From positions 1,140,001-1,172,000 of the forward strand of contig OY780959.1 in the NCBI GenBank assembly GCA_963675915.1: DNA of 32,000 nucleotides. Direction: 5' to 3'. Positions 1 through 7,565 of this stretch are shown here, in pieces; the first letter of the stretch is position 1, and each line of letters starts with the position of its first letter. Below the pieces are notes generated by a model. The model saw only the letters and a list, made by a program, of their open reading frames with translations, was not told the origin of the DNA and did not search any database. The position numbers and the translations under genes are program-made. Source of the DNA: Coprobacillaceae bacterium. GTDB lineage: Bacteria > Bacillota_I > Bacilli_A > Erysipelotrichales > Coprobacillaceae.

Positions 1-1693
1 CAGAGATATTGGTCAATGAATTGAACACATAAGTTTTATCACCTCGATAGGTTTTTTGATCGAAGTGATTAAGTATATATTCCGTAACTAGAGAAATCCG
101 TTGTGGAGCCATCATAGCTTTTTCCCGGTTAATATCCCACACCATTTCATCATCAATTTCTTCTTCTACATCCATTGTCTTAATATAGTCGACGCGGAAC
201 GGAAGGACGTTTTTATCATTAATCGCATCCACAATCGTATAGGTATGAAGTTGATCTCCGAAAGTTTGCCCGGTAGTGAGGAATTCCAAATTTTTCTTAG
301 AAGAGGTCGTATTTGCCGGGAATATTGGTGTACCAGTGAATCCAAACAAATGATATTTCTTGAAATTCTTGACAATTGCTGCATGCATATCACCAAACTG
401 ACTCCGGTGACATTCATCAAAGATAATTACGACGTGCTTTGTGAATACTTCATGACCTTTGTACTTTTTAATGAAGGTTGCAAGTTTTTGAATCGTTGTA
501 ATAATTATATGAGCGTTAGGATCTTCCAACTGCCTTTTCAGCACCGATGTGGAGGTGTTGCTATTGGCAGCTCCCTTTTCAAACCGATCATATTCCTTCA
601 TGGTCTGGTAATCCAGATCCTTACGGTCTACCACGAACAGAACCTTATCAATGTATGGCAATAACGATGCAAGTCGCGCAGATTTGAAAGAAGTTAATGT
701 TTTACCTGATCCAGTAGTATGCCAGATGTACCCGCCACCTTCAACTCTGCCATATTTTTTATAGTTGTTTGCAATCTCGATTCTGTTTAATATACGTTCA
801 GTTGCAGTAATCTGATAAGGTCGCATGACCATTAGCATATTTTCAGAAGTGAAAATACAATATTTTGTCAGAATATTAAGAATAGTGTGTCTAGCAAAAA
901 ATGTCTTTGTAAAATCAATTAGATCCGGAATAACACGATTATTTGCATCAGACCAGAATGAAGTAAATTCAAAACTGTTACTTGTCTTTCCTCTCTTGGA
1001 CCTTCCAGTATTTGATTCTTTAATGGCATTGAATCGGGTACTGTTAGAATAGTACTTGGTGTTTGTTCCATTGGAGATGACAAACATTTGCACGTATTCA
1101 AACAATCCACTTCCAGCCCAAAAAGAATCCCTTTGATAGCGGTCAATTTGATTGAAGGCTTCCCTGATTGGCACTCCTCGTCGCTTAAGCTCAACATGGA
1201 CTAAGGGTAACCCATTGACTAAAATTGTGACATCATAGCGATTGTCATATTTGGCACCATCAGCAGTTCCTATAACATATTGATTAATTACTTGCAGATA
1301 ATTATTGTGGATATTACTCTTGTCAATTAACTTAATGTTTTTTGAACTTCCATCATCTCGTTCCAAAACCTGAACGTAATCTTCCTGAATTTTTCTCGTA
1401 TTTTCAACAATGTGCTCATTCAAGTTTGCTATTGAAGTCGTGAAAAAACGATCCCATTCAGATTCTGAGAATTGGTATTTGTTTAATAGTTCCAATCTTT
1501 TACGAAGATTATCGATAAGCCCTGTGTCTGAAGAGATTCGCAAATATTCGTATCCCTGTTCAGTAAGTAAACGTATAAATTCTTTTTCCAATTCAGCTTC
1601 ACTTTGATATTTGTCAGAACGCGCCTTTACCGGTTCGTATTCTGTAACAACTGTATTTTCAGTGGTCTGGGCAACAATATTGAAATATGACAT
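1..1693 (-). CDS. hsdR: Type I restriction enzyme R subunit, N-terminal ~564 codons; the 3' end lies beyond the left window edge
   Basis: Absent from the ORF track because it is truncated. My minus-strand translation from ATG 1693-1691 gives MSYFNIVAQTTENTVVTEYEPVKAR... The frame differs from the short tracked ORFs 919..1197 and 166..420. I checked three stretches codon by codon or by frame: the nuclease-type motif DGAKYDNRYDVTILVNGLPLVHVELKR (~1180-1258), helicase motif I GGGYIWHTTGSGKTLTSF (~690-740) and motif II VVIIFDECHRSQ (~400-432). The rest of the frame was read more quickly. The start lies 17 bp downstream of hsdS. Confidence 0.9.
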   Translation of the reverse strand, partial: MSYFNIVAQTTENTVVTEYEPVKARSDKYQSEAELEKEFIRLLTEQGYEYLRISSDTGLIDNLRKRLELLNKYQFSESEWDRFFTTSIANLNEHIVENTRKIQEDYVQVLERDDGSSKNIKLIDKSNIHNNYLQVINQYVIGTADGAKYDNRYDVTILVNGLPLVHVELKRRGVPIREAFNQIDRYQRDSFWAGSGLFEYVQMFVISNGTNTKYYSNSTRFNAIKESNTGRSKRGKTSNSFEFTSFWSDANNRVIPDLIDFTKTFFARHTILNILTKYCIFTSENMLMVMRPYQITATERILNRIEIANNYKKYGRVEGGGYIWHTTGSGKTLTSFKSARLASLLPYIDKVLFVVDRKDLDYQTMKEYDRFEKGAANSNTSTSVLKRQLEDPNAHIIITTIQKLATFIKKYKGHEVFTKHVVIIFDECHRSQFGDMHAAIVKNFKKYHLFGFTGTPIFPANTTSSKKNLEFLTTGQTFGDQLHTYTIVDAINDKNVLPFRVDYIKTMDVEEEIDDEMVWDINREKAMMAPQRISLVTEYILNHFDQKTYRGDKTYVFNSLTNIS

Positions 1694-1709
1694 GCGCTCT
1701 GTCTCCTTT

Positions 1710-2894
1710 CTATGAAAGTTCTTTAAATGTTAGTAATTTGTCGCGATAGTATTCATATTGCTTTTGACGAGCTTCGATTTCAGCCGGGAGGCCAGTGGTG
1801 ATGTCATTGCAAAGTTTATCAAAGCGGTCAAGAATATCTACTATTCGTGCTTGCTCATTAAATGGTGGTAAAGGAATTTCGATCTTATTCAGATTTTTTT
1901 GATTTAACTTAGGTTGTGCTGCGCCTGTAATATAAAAAGACAAGTCAATAGAATTTAGATAAAATTCAACATATCTTCTAGTTTCATATTTTTCGAATTT
2001 TAGTACATGCGCATGATTATTAACCCAAGTTTTCCCAGAAATTGAAAAAGCAATTGGTGTGCTTCTTGCTACTAGATTTGCACCATCTTCTGAAATCAAA
2101 AGATAGTCACCATCAAAAATGTAATCTTTTACATAATCAACAATCCCAGATGCTCCATAATAGGGAATATTCCCTGTTTCACGATTTCCACTTGTCACAG
2201 GCTTTCTTTTTGTATCACAATTTTCTGATATATTATCTAATGTGACTTTTTGAATGTCTTTAGCTGTAGCAAATAGCTCATCTCTATAGTACTCATACTG
2301 TTTTTTTCTCGCAGTAAGCTCCGCAGTAAGCTCCGCAGTAAGCTCCGCAGTAAGCTCAGTGAAAGTGTCCAAAATTCGCACAATTTCCTCCTGCACAGGT
2401 AGTGGGGGGATGGGGATTAACAATGATTTTACAATATCCGCATTTAGATTTCTAACAGCTCCGCCAAAAGAAGCTTTATTTTCCATTTTTTGTTGAATTA
2501 TAGTCGAGCTCAACAAATAATATAAAAAATCAGTAATGAAGCTGTCTTTAAAATTACTAATTGCTAGCCAACCATCATGAATACATCCGTCTATTGCCAA
2601 AATATATGGTCGTCCAAAGCTCATAGAGTTAGAAAGAATAAAATCACCTTTGACAACCTTCCGTGATTTTTCTGCACCTTTTACAGTTATTTTCTCATTT
2701 GCATGCATAACATACTTGCTTCCAACTTCCACATCGCCAATTTTTATCCAATTTACTCCATCTTCTTCAGTAGTAATGAAGTTCTTAATTGGTCTTGGCG
2801 ATGCCCCACGTAAAATAGTAGCCAATTCTCCAAATGGTTTGTATTCAACACCATTAGGACAAAGCTCGTCAATTAACGCTTCTAACCTACTCAT
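1710..2894 (-). CDS. hsdS: Type I R-M specificity subunit, type IC-like
   Basis: 394-aa ORF with two variable halves. Each half is followed by a conserved helix: ...PVQEEIVRILDTFTELTAELTAELTAELTARKKQYEYYRDELF and ...FNEQARIVDILDRFDKLCNDITTGLPAEIEARQKQYEYYRDKLL. Its ATG overlaps the hsdM stop (ATGA at 2891-2894). Confidence 0.9.
   Translation of the reverse strand: MSRLEALIDELCPNGVEYKPFGELATILRGASPRPIKNFITTEEDGVNWIKIGDVEVGSKYVMHANEKITVKGAEKSRKVVKGDFILSNSMSFGRPYILAIDGCIHDGWLAISNFKDSFITDFLYYLLSSTIIQQKMENKASFGGAVRNLNADIVKSLLIPIPPLPVQEEIVRILDTFTELTAELTAELTAELTARKKQYEYYRDELFATAKDIQKVTLDNISENCDTKRKPVTSGNRETGNIPYYGASGIVDYVKDYIFDGDYLLISEDGANLVARSTPIAFSISGKTWVNNHAHVLKFEKYETRRYVEFYLNSIDLSFYITGAAQPKLNQKNLNKIEIPLPPFNEQARIVDILDRFDKLCNDITTGLPAEIEARQKQYEYYRDKLLTFKELS
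2311..2358 (-). repeat. Tandem 12-bp repeat, 4 units, in frame inside hsdS
   Basis: On the plus strand, gcagtaagctcc occurs 3 times (2311-2346), followed by gcagtaagctca (2347-2358). On the coding strand this is GAGCTTACTGCG x4, which encodes ELTA x4 (TAEL x3 plus partial flanks). Confidence 0.95.
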
Positions 2895-4459
2895 TGTCCT
2901 GCCTCAATTTCTTCGATGATGTTTCTAATAGATTCTCGAAGCTCATTTTCACGCATAACGATCTTTTCAATCTCCGAATTTAATTTGACTATATCGATTT
3001 TTTCACGAGTATCTTCTGCTTCTACATATGTAGATACAGAAAGATTATAATCATTCTCTGCAACTTCATCATATGAAGCAATATAGGATTTATGTTCAAC
3101 TTCATCTCGGTTGGCAAATATATCGACTATTCTTTCAATATTTTCTGAAGTTAATTTATTGCTATTAGTAACTTTGATGCATTCGTTTGAAGCGTCAATA
3201 AATAATGTTTTGTTATCTGATTTGTTTTTCTTCATTACCATAATGCACGTAGCAATACTAGTACCAAAGAATAGATTACTTGGCAATTGAATAATACAGT
3301 CAATGAAGTTGTTGTCTACTAAATATTTACGGATTTTTCGCTCAGCACCACCACGGTACATGATACCAGGGAAGCATACAATCGCCGCAGTACCATTCGA
3401 TGCCAGCCATGAAAGGCTGTGCATAATGAACGCCAAATCCGCTTTACTCTTTGGCGCTAAAACCCCGGCAGGAGAAAAACGCGGATCATTGATTAGTAAT
3501 GGGTTATCTGTGCCCGGCCATTTAATTGAATATGGTGGATTTGATACAATCAACTCAAATGGTTCTTCATCCCAGTGCTGAGGTGCAATTAATGTATCTT
3601 CACAAGCTACGTCGAATTTATCAAAGCCAATGTCATGCAAGAACATGTTGATGCGACAAAGGTTGTAAGTGGTAATGTTAATCTCTTGACCATAAAAGCC
3701 ATTACGAACAGCTTCTTTTCCTAAAACTGATTCAACTTTAAGCAATAGCGAACCCGATCCACACGCCGGATCGTAAACTTTATTTATCTCGGTTTTCCCA
3801 ACTGTTCCCAGTCTTGTTAATAATTCTGAAACATCGGAAGGCGTAAAAAACTCACCTCCTGATTTTCCGGCATTTGAAGCGTACATTGTCATAAGATATT
3901 CGTATGCATCACCGAATGCATCGATTGAATGATCTTTGACATTACCGAGATTCATATTTCCAATACCATTCAACAGCTTAACTAATTTTTCATTTCTCTT
4001 TGCTACTGTAGAACCCAGTTTATTATTGTTAACATCGAAATCATCGAATAATCCAGCAAAATCGCTTTCTGCGTCGCTCCCTTTTGCCGAATCTTCAATA
4101 TGGCGGAACACTTTTTCCATTGTCTCATTAAGATTTTCATCATTTGCAGCTCTCAATCTTACGTTTTCGAATAGTTCGCTTGGAAGAATAAAAAAGCCCT
4201 TTTCTTCGATTAGACCATTTCTAGCTTCTTCGGCATCTTCATCCGACATTTTCGCAAAATCAAAATCAGTATTACCAGCTGCAATCTCTCCATCATTGAT
4301 GTAACTGCATAAGTTTTCTGATATATATCTATAGAACATAGTTCCCAGGACATAATTCTTAAAGTCCCAACCGTCAACTGCACCTCTTAATTCATCTGCA
4401 ATTGCCCAGATCGAGCGGTGAAGTTCATCGCGTTCTTGTTCTTTTTTTGTGTCAACCAT
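2891..4459 (-). CDS. hsdM: Type I R-M N6-adenine DNA methyltransferase subunit
   Basis: The ORF runs 2891..4489. I prefer the second ATG (4459, MVDTKKEQ...) because GAGGGAG lies about 8 nt upstream. AdoMet motif YDPACGSGSLL and catalytic motif SNPPYSIKW are present. It is the first gene of the hsdM-S-R operon. Confidence 0.92.
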   Translation of the reverse strand: MVDTKKEQERDELHRSIWAIADELRGAVDGWDFKNYVLGTMFYRYISENLCSYINDGEIAAGNTDFDFAKMSDEDAEEARNGLIEEKGFFILPSELFENVRLRAANDENLNETMEKVFRHIEDSAKGSDAESDFAGLFDDFDVNNNKLGSTVAKRNEKLVKLLNGIGNMNLGNVKDHSIDAFGDAYEYLMTMYASNAGKSGGEFFTPSDVSELLTRLGTVGKTEINKVYDPACGSGSLLLKVESVLGKEAVRNGFYGQEINITTYNLCRINMFLHDIGFDKFDVACEDTLIAPQHWDEEPFELIVSNPPYSIKWPGTDNPLLINDPRFSPAGVLAPKSKADLAFIMHSLSWLASNGTAAIVCFPGIMYRGGAERKIRKYLVDNNFIDCIIQLPSNLFFGTSIATCIMVMKKNKSDNKTLFIDASNECIKVTNSNKLTSENIERIVDIFANRDEVEHKSYIASYDEVAENDYNLSVSTYVEAEDTREKIDIVKLNSEIEKIVMRENELRESIRNIIEEIEAGQ

Positions 4460-4503
4460 TATATTTTCTCCCTCTACTTCAGTAAACAAACAAATATGAG
4501 TTA

Positions 4504-4532
4504 ATTATAGCACGCAATCACCAATATTTCTA
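4504..4532 (-). promoter_or_regulatory. Putative sigma-A promoter of the hsdMSR operon
   Basis: Minus strand reads TAGAAA (4532-4527), a 17-nt spacer, then extended -10 TGCTATAAT (hexamer 4509-4504). It lies about 45 nt upstream of the hsdM SD. Confidence 0.5.
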
Positions 4533-4565
4533 TTTGTGTGTAATAATTTGTTAATAAATATTGAC

Positions 4566-4590
4566 AAAAAAAGAGTCATCGGAATGACTC
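4566..4590 (-). terminator. Putative intrinsic terminator (minus strand)
   Basis: Stem gagtcat (4573-4579) pairs with atgactc (4584-4590) around a 4-nt loop. A run of 7 T follows on the minus strand (4572-4566). The stem is short and AT-rich. Confidence 0.45.
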
Positions 4591-4698
4591 TGGAGTATAT
4601 AATAATGAGAGGTGATTACAATTACAATCGACGATGAAGAATATTTACTGACAACATTGAGGTCAGTTCTTGAAGTATTGATATTGATCCAGGACGAT

Positions 4699-4742
4699 AC
4701 AACAAAAGAGCATCCCGTCTGCGCTGACATTGGGGATGCTCT
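4699..4742 (-). terminator. Putative intrinsic terminator downstream of the 228-aa gene
   Basis: Perfect 10-bp stem agagcatccc (4707-4716) / gggatgctct (4733-4742) with a 16-nt loop. It is followed on the minus strand by TTTGTTGT (4706-4699). Confidence 0.55.
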
Positions 4743-4907
4743 GAACTTGCCTATTTGGTCGATCAGTGAGTGTATTAAGTTATTGGAAGAATAAATGTGC
4801 TCTCTGCCAACTACTATTTTTAAAATGCATCTTGAAGGATAATTGAAATTATTTGAAATAATTAGAAAATAGTACTAAATGATATTAAATAGGCAATTGT
4901 ATTTACG

Positions 4908-5594
4908 TCAAATATTCTCCTTTAAGTCAAATAAATAATCTCGAATAATATCCACTAACTTGTTTCTGAATTCTCCTATCTCATTTCTTAGCCTCATGAT
5001 TTCTTTCCATTCATCATGTGTTATAGGATTATCCTTAACCAAAGTGTAGCTGACATTAATTTTCTTTTGAATTTCATTTTCATTAAAGATAGTATGCAAA
5101 TCTCGACACTTCTTAACTAGAATTTCAAACTGATCATAAAACTCCTTTTTATAAAAAGGAGCATACTTTCTAACGCAGTTTAAAAAATCATTATATACAT
5201 CTACCCACTCATCATTCTTCTCACATTGATATTTAAAATGTTCGGCCGGATCAACGGGAGTATTATAAATTCCAGCCGGGTAAAGAGTTATTGTTTTGTT
5301 TACACAACTATTTAGACTCACCCACAGTTCAACGTAAATTTTATATTCGTTATCATATTGCGCCTTCGAAATATGTAATTTCATATCTTTAAGCGCTTCA
5401 ATTTCTTTTAGCTTCTTTTCAATTAAATATTTTTGATCCTGCAAGTCCTTTTCAAACTTTGCAGTTTCTTTTGCCATTAAATGAGTTGCCCAAATTTTCC
5501 CAAAATAATTTCCCAATCCTGCAAAGACTACGCTAGCGCCTCCAAAGTAAAGTACTATCTCACCTAATTTACTAAGAAATGATTCAATTGTCAT
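4908..5594 (-). CDS. Hypothetical membrane-anchored protein, 228 aa (N-terminal TM helix, coiled-coil segment, unknown C-terminal domain)
   Basis: SD GAGGAAAA lies 5-6 nt before the ATG, and a TATAAT box is upstream (~5622-5627, minus strand). The hydrophobic segment is IVLYFGGASVVFAGLGNYFGKIW. A Lys/Glu-rich heptad-like stretch follows (KETAKFEKDLQDQKYLIEKKLKEIEALKD). I recognise no family motif. Confidence 0.7.
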   Translation of the reverse strand: MTIESFLSKLGEIVLYFGGASVVFAGLGNYFGKIWATHLMAKETAKFEKDLQDQKYLIEKKLKEIEALKDMKLHISKAQYDNEYKIYVELWVSLNSCVNKTITLYPAGIYNTPVDPAEHFKYQCEKNDEWVDVYNDFLNCVRKYAPFYKKEFYDQFEILVKKCRDLHTIFNENEIQKKINVSYTLVKDNPITHDEWKEIMRLRNEIGEFRNKLVDIIRDYLFDLKENI

Positions 5595-5645
5595 AATGTT
5601 TTCCTCTTAAATTCAATAACATTCTTTCATTATAATTAATTTTAT

Positions 5646-5681
5646 AACAACAAAGAAGAGCCTGAAAAATAATTATCAGGC
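5646..5681 (-). terminator. Putative intrinsic terminator after the 183-aa gene
   Basis: Stem gcctga (5660-5665) / tcaggc (5676-5681) with a 10-nt loop. It is followed on the minus strand by TCTTCTTTGTTGTT. Confidence 0.4.
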
Positions 5682-5707
5682 CCACTTCCACAAGTCACAT
5701 GCTCACG

Positions 5708-6259
5708 TTAGTGTGTTATTAATTTTATTTTTCCTTTCAAATATGGTCTAATTGAATTAACTATTATTGCATTTATCTTTCTTTGCACATTACTATTAAT
5801 CCAGCTCTTATCTCTAGAATTAAATACATCCAATAAAAAGAGATAGTCATTTCGCGGATTAAAACTATTATACTTGTTTGGCATAAATGCACCTTCTTCA
5901 TAAAGAAATCCTAGTAATTTTCGAGAAAAATAGTCACTATTTATTTCAATATATTCCCCTGCTTCTACCGCTTCAAGTAATCTGGACATTTGTTCATGAA
6001 CATTAACCAGTTCACTGAGGTCCTCTCTATCGAATCGTTTAATGCAACTACTCCCAATTGGATAAAGAATGTTCCCGTTATAATCATTAACAATCGAAAA
6101 CTCATATTTAATATGCTCTTTCCCGCAAATGCATTCACTATCAAGCATATCATTAATATAGCAATCACCAATGGACCACTCATCCACCGCTGAATACCAA
6201 TCATTTGATTCAGAACTGCTAATCACTTCGCTCTTAAGTTTTTGAAAATTTGTACTCAA
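5708..6259 (-). CDS. Hypothetical protein, 183 aa, with a CxC...C cysteine cluster
   Basis: TTG start (6259-6257) with a perfect GGAGG (6271-6267) 7 nt upstream. Cys cluster: DSECICGKEHIKYEFSIVNDYNGNILYPIGSSCIKRF. I cannot assign a family. Confidence 0.7.
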   Translation of the reverse strand: MSTNFQKLKSEVISSSESNDWYSAVDEWSIGDCYINDMLDSECICGKEHIKYEFSIVNDYNGNILYPIGSSCIKRFDREDLSELVNVHEQMSRLLEAVEAGEYIEINSDYFSRKLLGFLYEEGAFMPNKYNSFNPRNDYLFLLDVFNSRDKSWINSNVQRKINAIIVNSIRPYLKGKIKLITH

Positions 6260-6325
6260 AATAGTACCTCCTTTTTTATTGTTTTTAAAAATAAAAAGCG
6301 ACAGGCTGAATGCCCTTTTTTAAAA

Positions 6326-6436
6326 CTATTTCTTCAGCGATTTTACTGGAATTCGAAATGCTTTTTTACCGTAATCTTTAGCATAGTATGTAGTACCGTT
6401 ACGCGTAAAACTTTTTACGAAAATATATTTTTCCAT
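6326..6436 (-). CDS. Small basic protein, 36 aa (not in the ORF track)
   Basis: My translation gives MEKYIFVKSFTRNGTTYYAKDYGKKAFRIPVKSLKK, ending at TAG (6328-6326). AGGAAAGGAGAA lies about 10 nt upstream of the ATG (6436-6434). It has 10 Lys/Arg against 2 acidic residues. It is short, so a chance ORF cannot be excluded. Confidence 0.45.
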   Translation of the reverse strand: MEKYIFVKSFTRNGTTYYAKDYGKKAFRIPVKSLKK

Positions 6437-6468
6437 GAGGAAAATTCTCCTTTCCTAGAATCCACCTC

Positions 6469-6496
6469 TTGAATTTTACAAAAAATATGTTATACT
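6469..6496 (+). promoter_or_regulatory. Orphan plus-strand promoter
   Basis: -35 TTGAAT (6469-6474), a 16-nt spacer, then extended -10 TGtTATACT (hexamer 6491-6496). No plus-strand gene follows it. Confidence 0.4.
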
Positions 6497-6502
6497 AAAT
6501 TT

Positions 6503-6574
6503 GCGAAGATTAGTATCAGCCTGATATTTTTCACGAAATTCAGGGTGGCCAAACAATAAAATGTTTGGTTTTTT
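6503..6574 (+). ncRNA. Candidate ~70-nt small RNA, defined only by a promoter and a terminator-like hairpin
   Basis: The start is predicted about 7 nt after the -10 box. The hairpin is ccaaaca (6549-6555) / tgtttgg (6562-6568) with a 6-nt loop, followed by T6 (6569-6574). There is no conservation or expression evidence. Confidence 0.25.
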
Positions 6575-6604
6575 ATATAAACCACTAAAATTTAGTGTTT
6601 TATA

Positions 6605-7129
6605 TCATTTGTTTTTAAACTGGATTTTTGCAGCTGCGTAAGAGACACCGCAAAATTCCACAATTTCATTAACACTAAGGTCTTTGATCAAATCATGACC
6701 CATTAGAACCTCACCAGCAAAACAATTAGCCTGCCACTCAGGATTCTTGTATGCGGGGAGGTTTTTATCATTTCTAGCGAAACCTTCCAGTACGACAATG
6801 TTATCATCGGTATGAAATAGCAGATGAAATACTTCATGCATGATAGTTATTTTATCTCTACCAACTCCTGCCAACGCGCCTAGGTATACGTCTTCCCTGA
6901 TTCTAATTATACCCTCTTCCGGATATGTCAAGCCATGAAAATTGTCCATTTCCTCCTTGGGCACGATATCTATGACTACGTCGGGAAATATTTCAACTAT
7001 TTTTTTATCAAGAATTTCTATCACATCAACGTTATAACAATCATGTATTCCCATCACTTCTCTAAATTTTCTTGCCATTACCCTGATTTTCCGACGAGAC
7101 AATGGCTTTGCTTCACAGTTGTAAATCAT
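6605..7129 (-). CDS. ImmA/IrrE-family (COG2856) zinc metallopeptidase, 174 aa
   Basis: HExxH motif in TIMHEVFHLLFH, and the family's downstream signature PEWQANCFAGEVLM. The ATG directly abuts the stop of the XRE gene (TAGATG), which suggests translational coupling. Confidence 0.85.
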   Translation of the reverse strand: MIYNCEAKPLSRRKIRVMARKFREVMGIHDCYNVDVIEILDKKIVEIFPDVVIDIVPKEEMDNFHGLTYPEEGIIRIREDVYLGALAGVGRDKITIMHEVFHLLFHTDDNIVVLEGFARNDKNLPAYKNPEWQANCFAGEVLMGHDLIKDLSVNEIVEFCGVSYAAAKIQFKNK

Positions 7130-7504
7130 CTATATAATTTTCTCCTTTTTTTTCTTTTCTTTGAGATTTTGTATTAATTTCCTCAAATCATCGCTTGAAA
7201 GTTCCTTGAATTCGCGAGCGAATACCATGACAGCCTCCTTTTGACGTTCATTAAGATTATCCAAGTCAATGCTAACCTTATTCTTTGTCCTATACTCAGC
7301 CTTTTTCAATTTTTCAAGGGCTGAGCTCGACAAATCATACAACATTGTAATCCCCTCAAGCCAATTATCCGGAATATCTCTCTTTCCATTTTCTACAGCT
7401 GATAGATATGAAACAGTAACTCCCAATTTATCTGACATATCCTTCAATATCTCATCATTTTCAATTCTAATTTTTCTTAATTCCTTCCCAAATTCAGTGA
7501 TCAT
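7130..7504 (-). CDS. XRE-family helix-turn-helix (HTH) regulator, 124 aa
   Basis: The ORF extends to 7549, but GAAGGAGAAACA precedes the ATG at 7504 (MITEFGKELRKIR...). HTH: LKDMSDKLGVTVSYLSAVENGKRDIP. The C-terminal tail is Lys/Glu-rich. Confidence 0.85.
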   Translation of the reverse strand: MITEFGKELRKIRIENDEILKDMSDKLGVTVSYLSAVENGKRDIPDNWLEGITMLYDLSSSALEKLKKAEYRTKNKVSIDLDNLNERQKEAVMVFAREFKELSSDDLRKLIQNLKEKKKKEKII

Positions 7505-7565
7505 TGTTTCTCCTTCTTTCCATTGCAACATGTAATTATTTTCTGCCATTTCATATTACACTAAC

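Noticed and set aside
101-664. Plus-strand 187-aa ORF, along with 825..1052 and 1410..1607, in the leftmost 1.7 kb.
   Set aside because: They lie antisense to a continuous minus-strand frame carrying clear HsdR nuclease and helicase motifs. They have no SD and a low-complexity Phe/Ile-rich composition typical of shadow ORFs.
4612-4794. 60-aa plus-strand ORF in the gap between hsdM and the 228-aa gene.
   Set aside because: Its GTG start abuts the only purine-rich stretch, so there is no usable SD spacing. No convincing -35 box is present. The ORF also contains the 10-bp-stem minus-strand terminator (4707-4742), which better explains the sequence.
4847-4863. A 17-bp perfect palindrome aattattt-g-aaataatt downstream of the 228-aa gene, considered as an att core or operator.
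   Set aside because: It consists almost entirely of A and T (one central G) in an AT-rich spacer. No second copy or associated gene signal was seen in the window.
5906-5916. An 11-nt match (aaatcctagta) to the left arm of the 24.85-kb inverted repeat, inside the 183-aa gene.
   Set aside because: It is a single short AT-rich match within coding sequence, with no partner arm nearby. Chance cannot be excluded without a genome-wide count, so it is not treated as a recombination site.
5965-6204. 79-aa minus-strand ORF and 67-aa plus-strand ORF (5990..6193) nested in the 183-aa gene.
   Set aside because: These are alternative frames of a gene that has a perfect SD and start. They have no signals of their own.
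6242-6472. 76-aa plus-strand ORF spanning the 6.3-6.45 kb gap.
   Set aside because: It overlaps the start region of the 183-aa gene and the whole SD-led 36-aa minus-strand ORF. It has no SD and a Phe-rich shadow-ORF composition.
6561-6641. 26-codon hydrophobic plus-strand ORF (MFGFLYKPLKFSVLYHLFLNWIFAAA) that could be read as a type I toxin paired with the candidate sRNA.
   Set aside because: Its ATG sits in the loop and right arm of the terminator-like hairpin, so the predicted transcript would end before the ORF. The nearest SD-like GGTGG is 12 nt away. An open frame of this length is expected by chance in AT-rich DNA.
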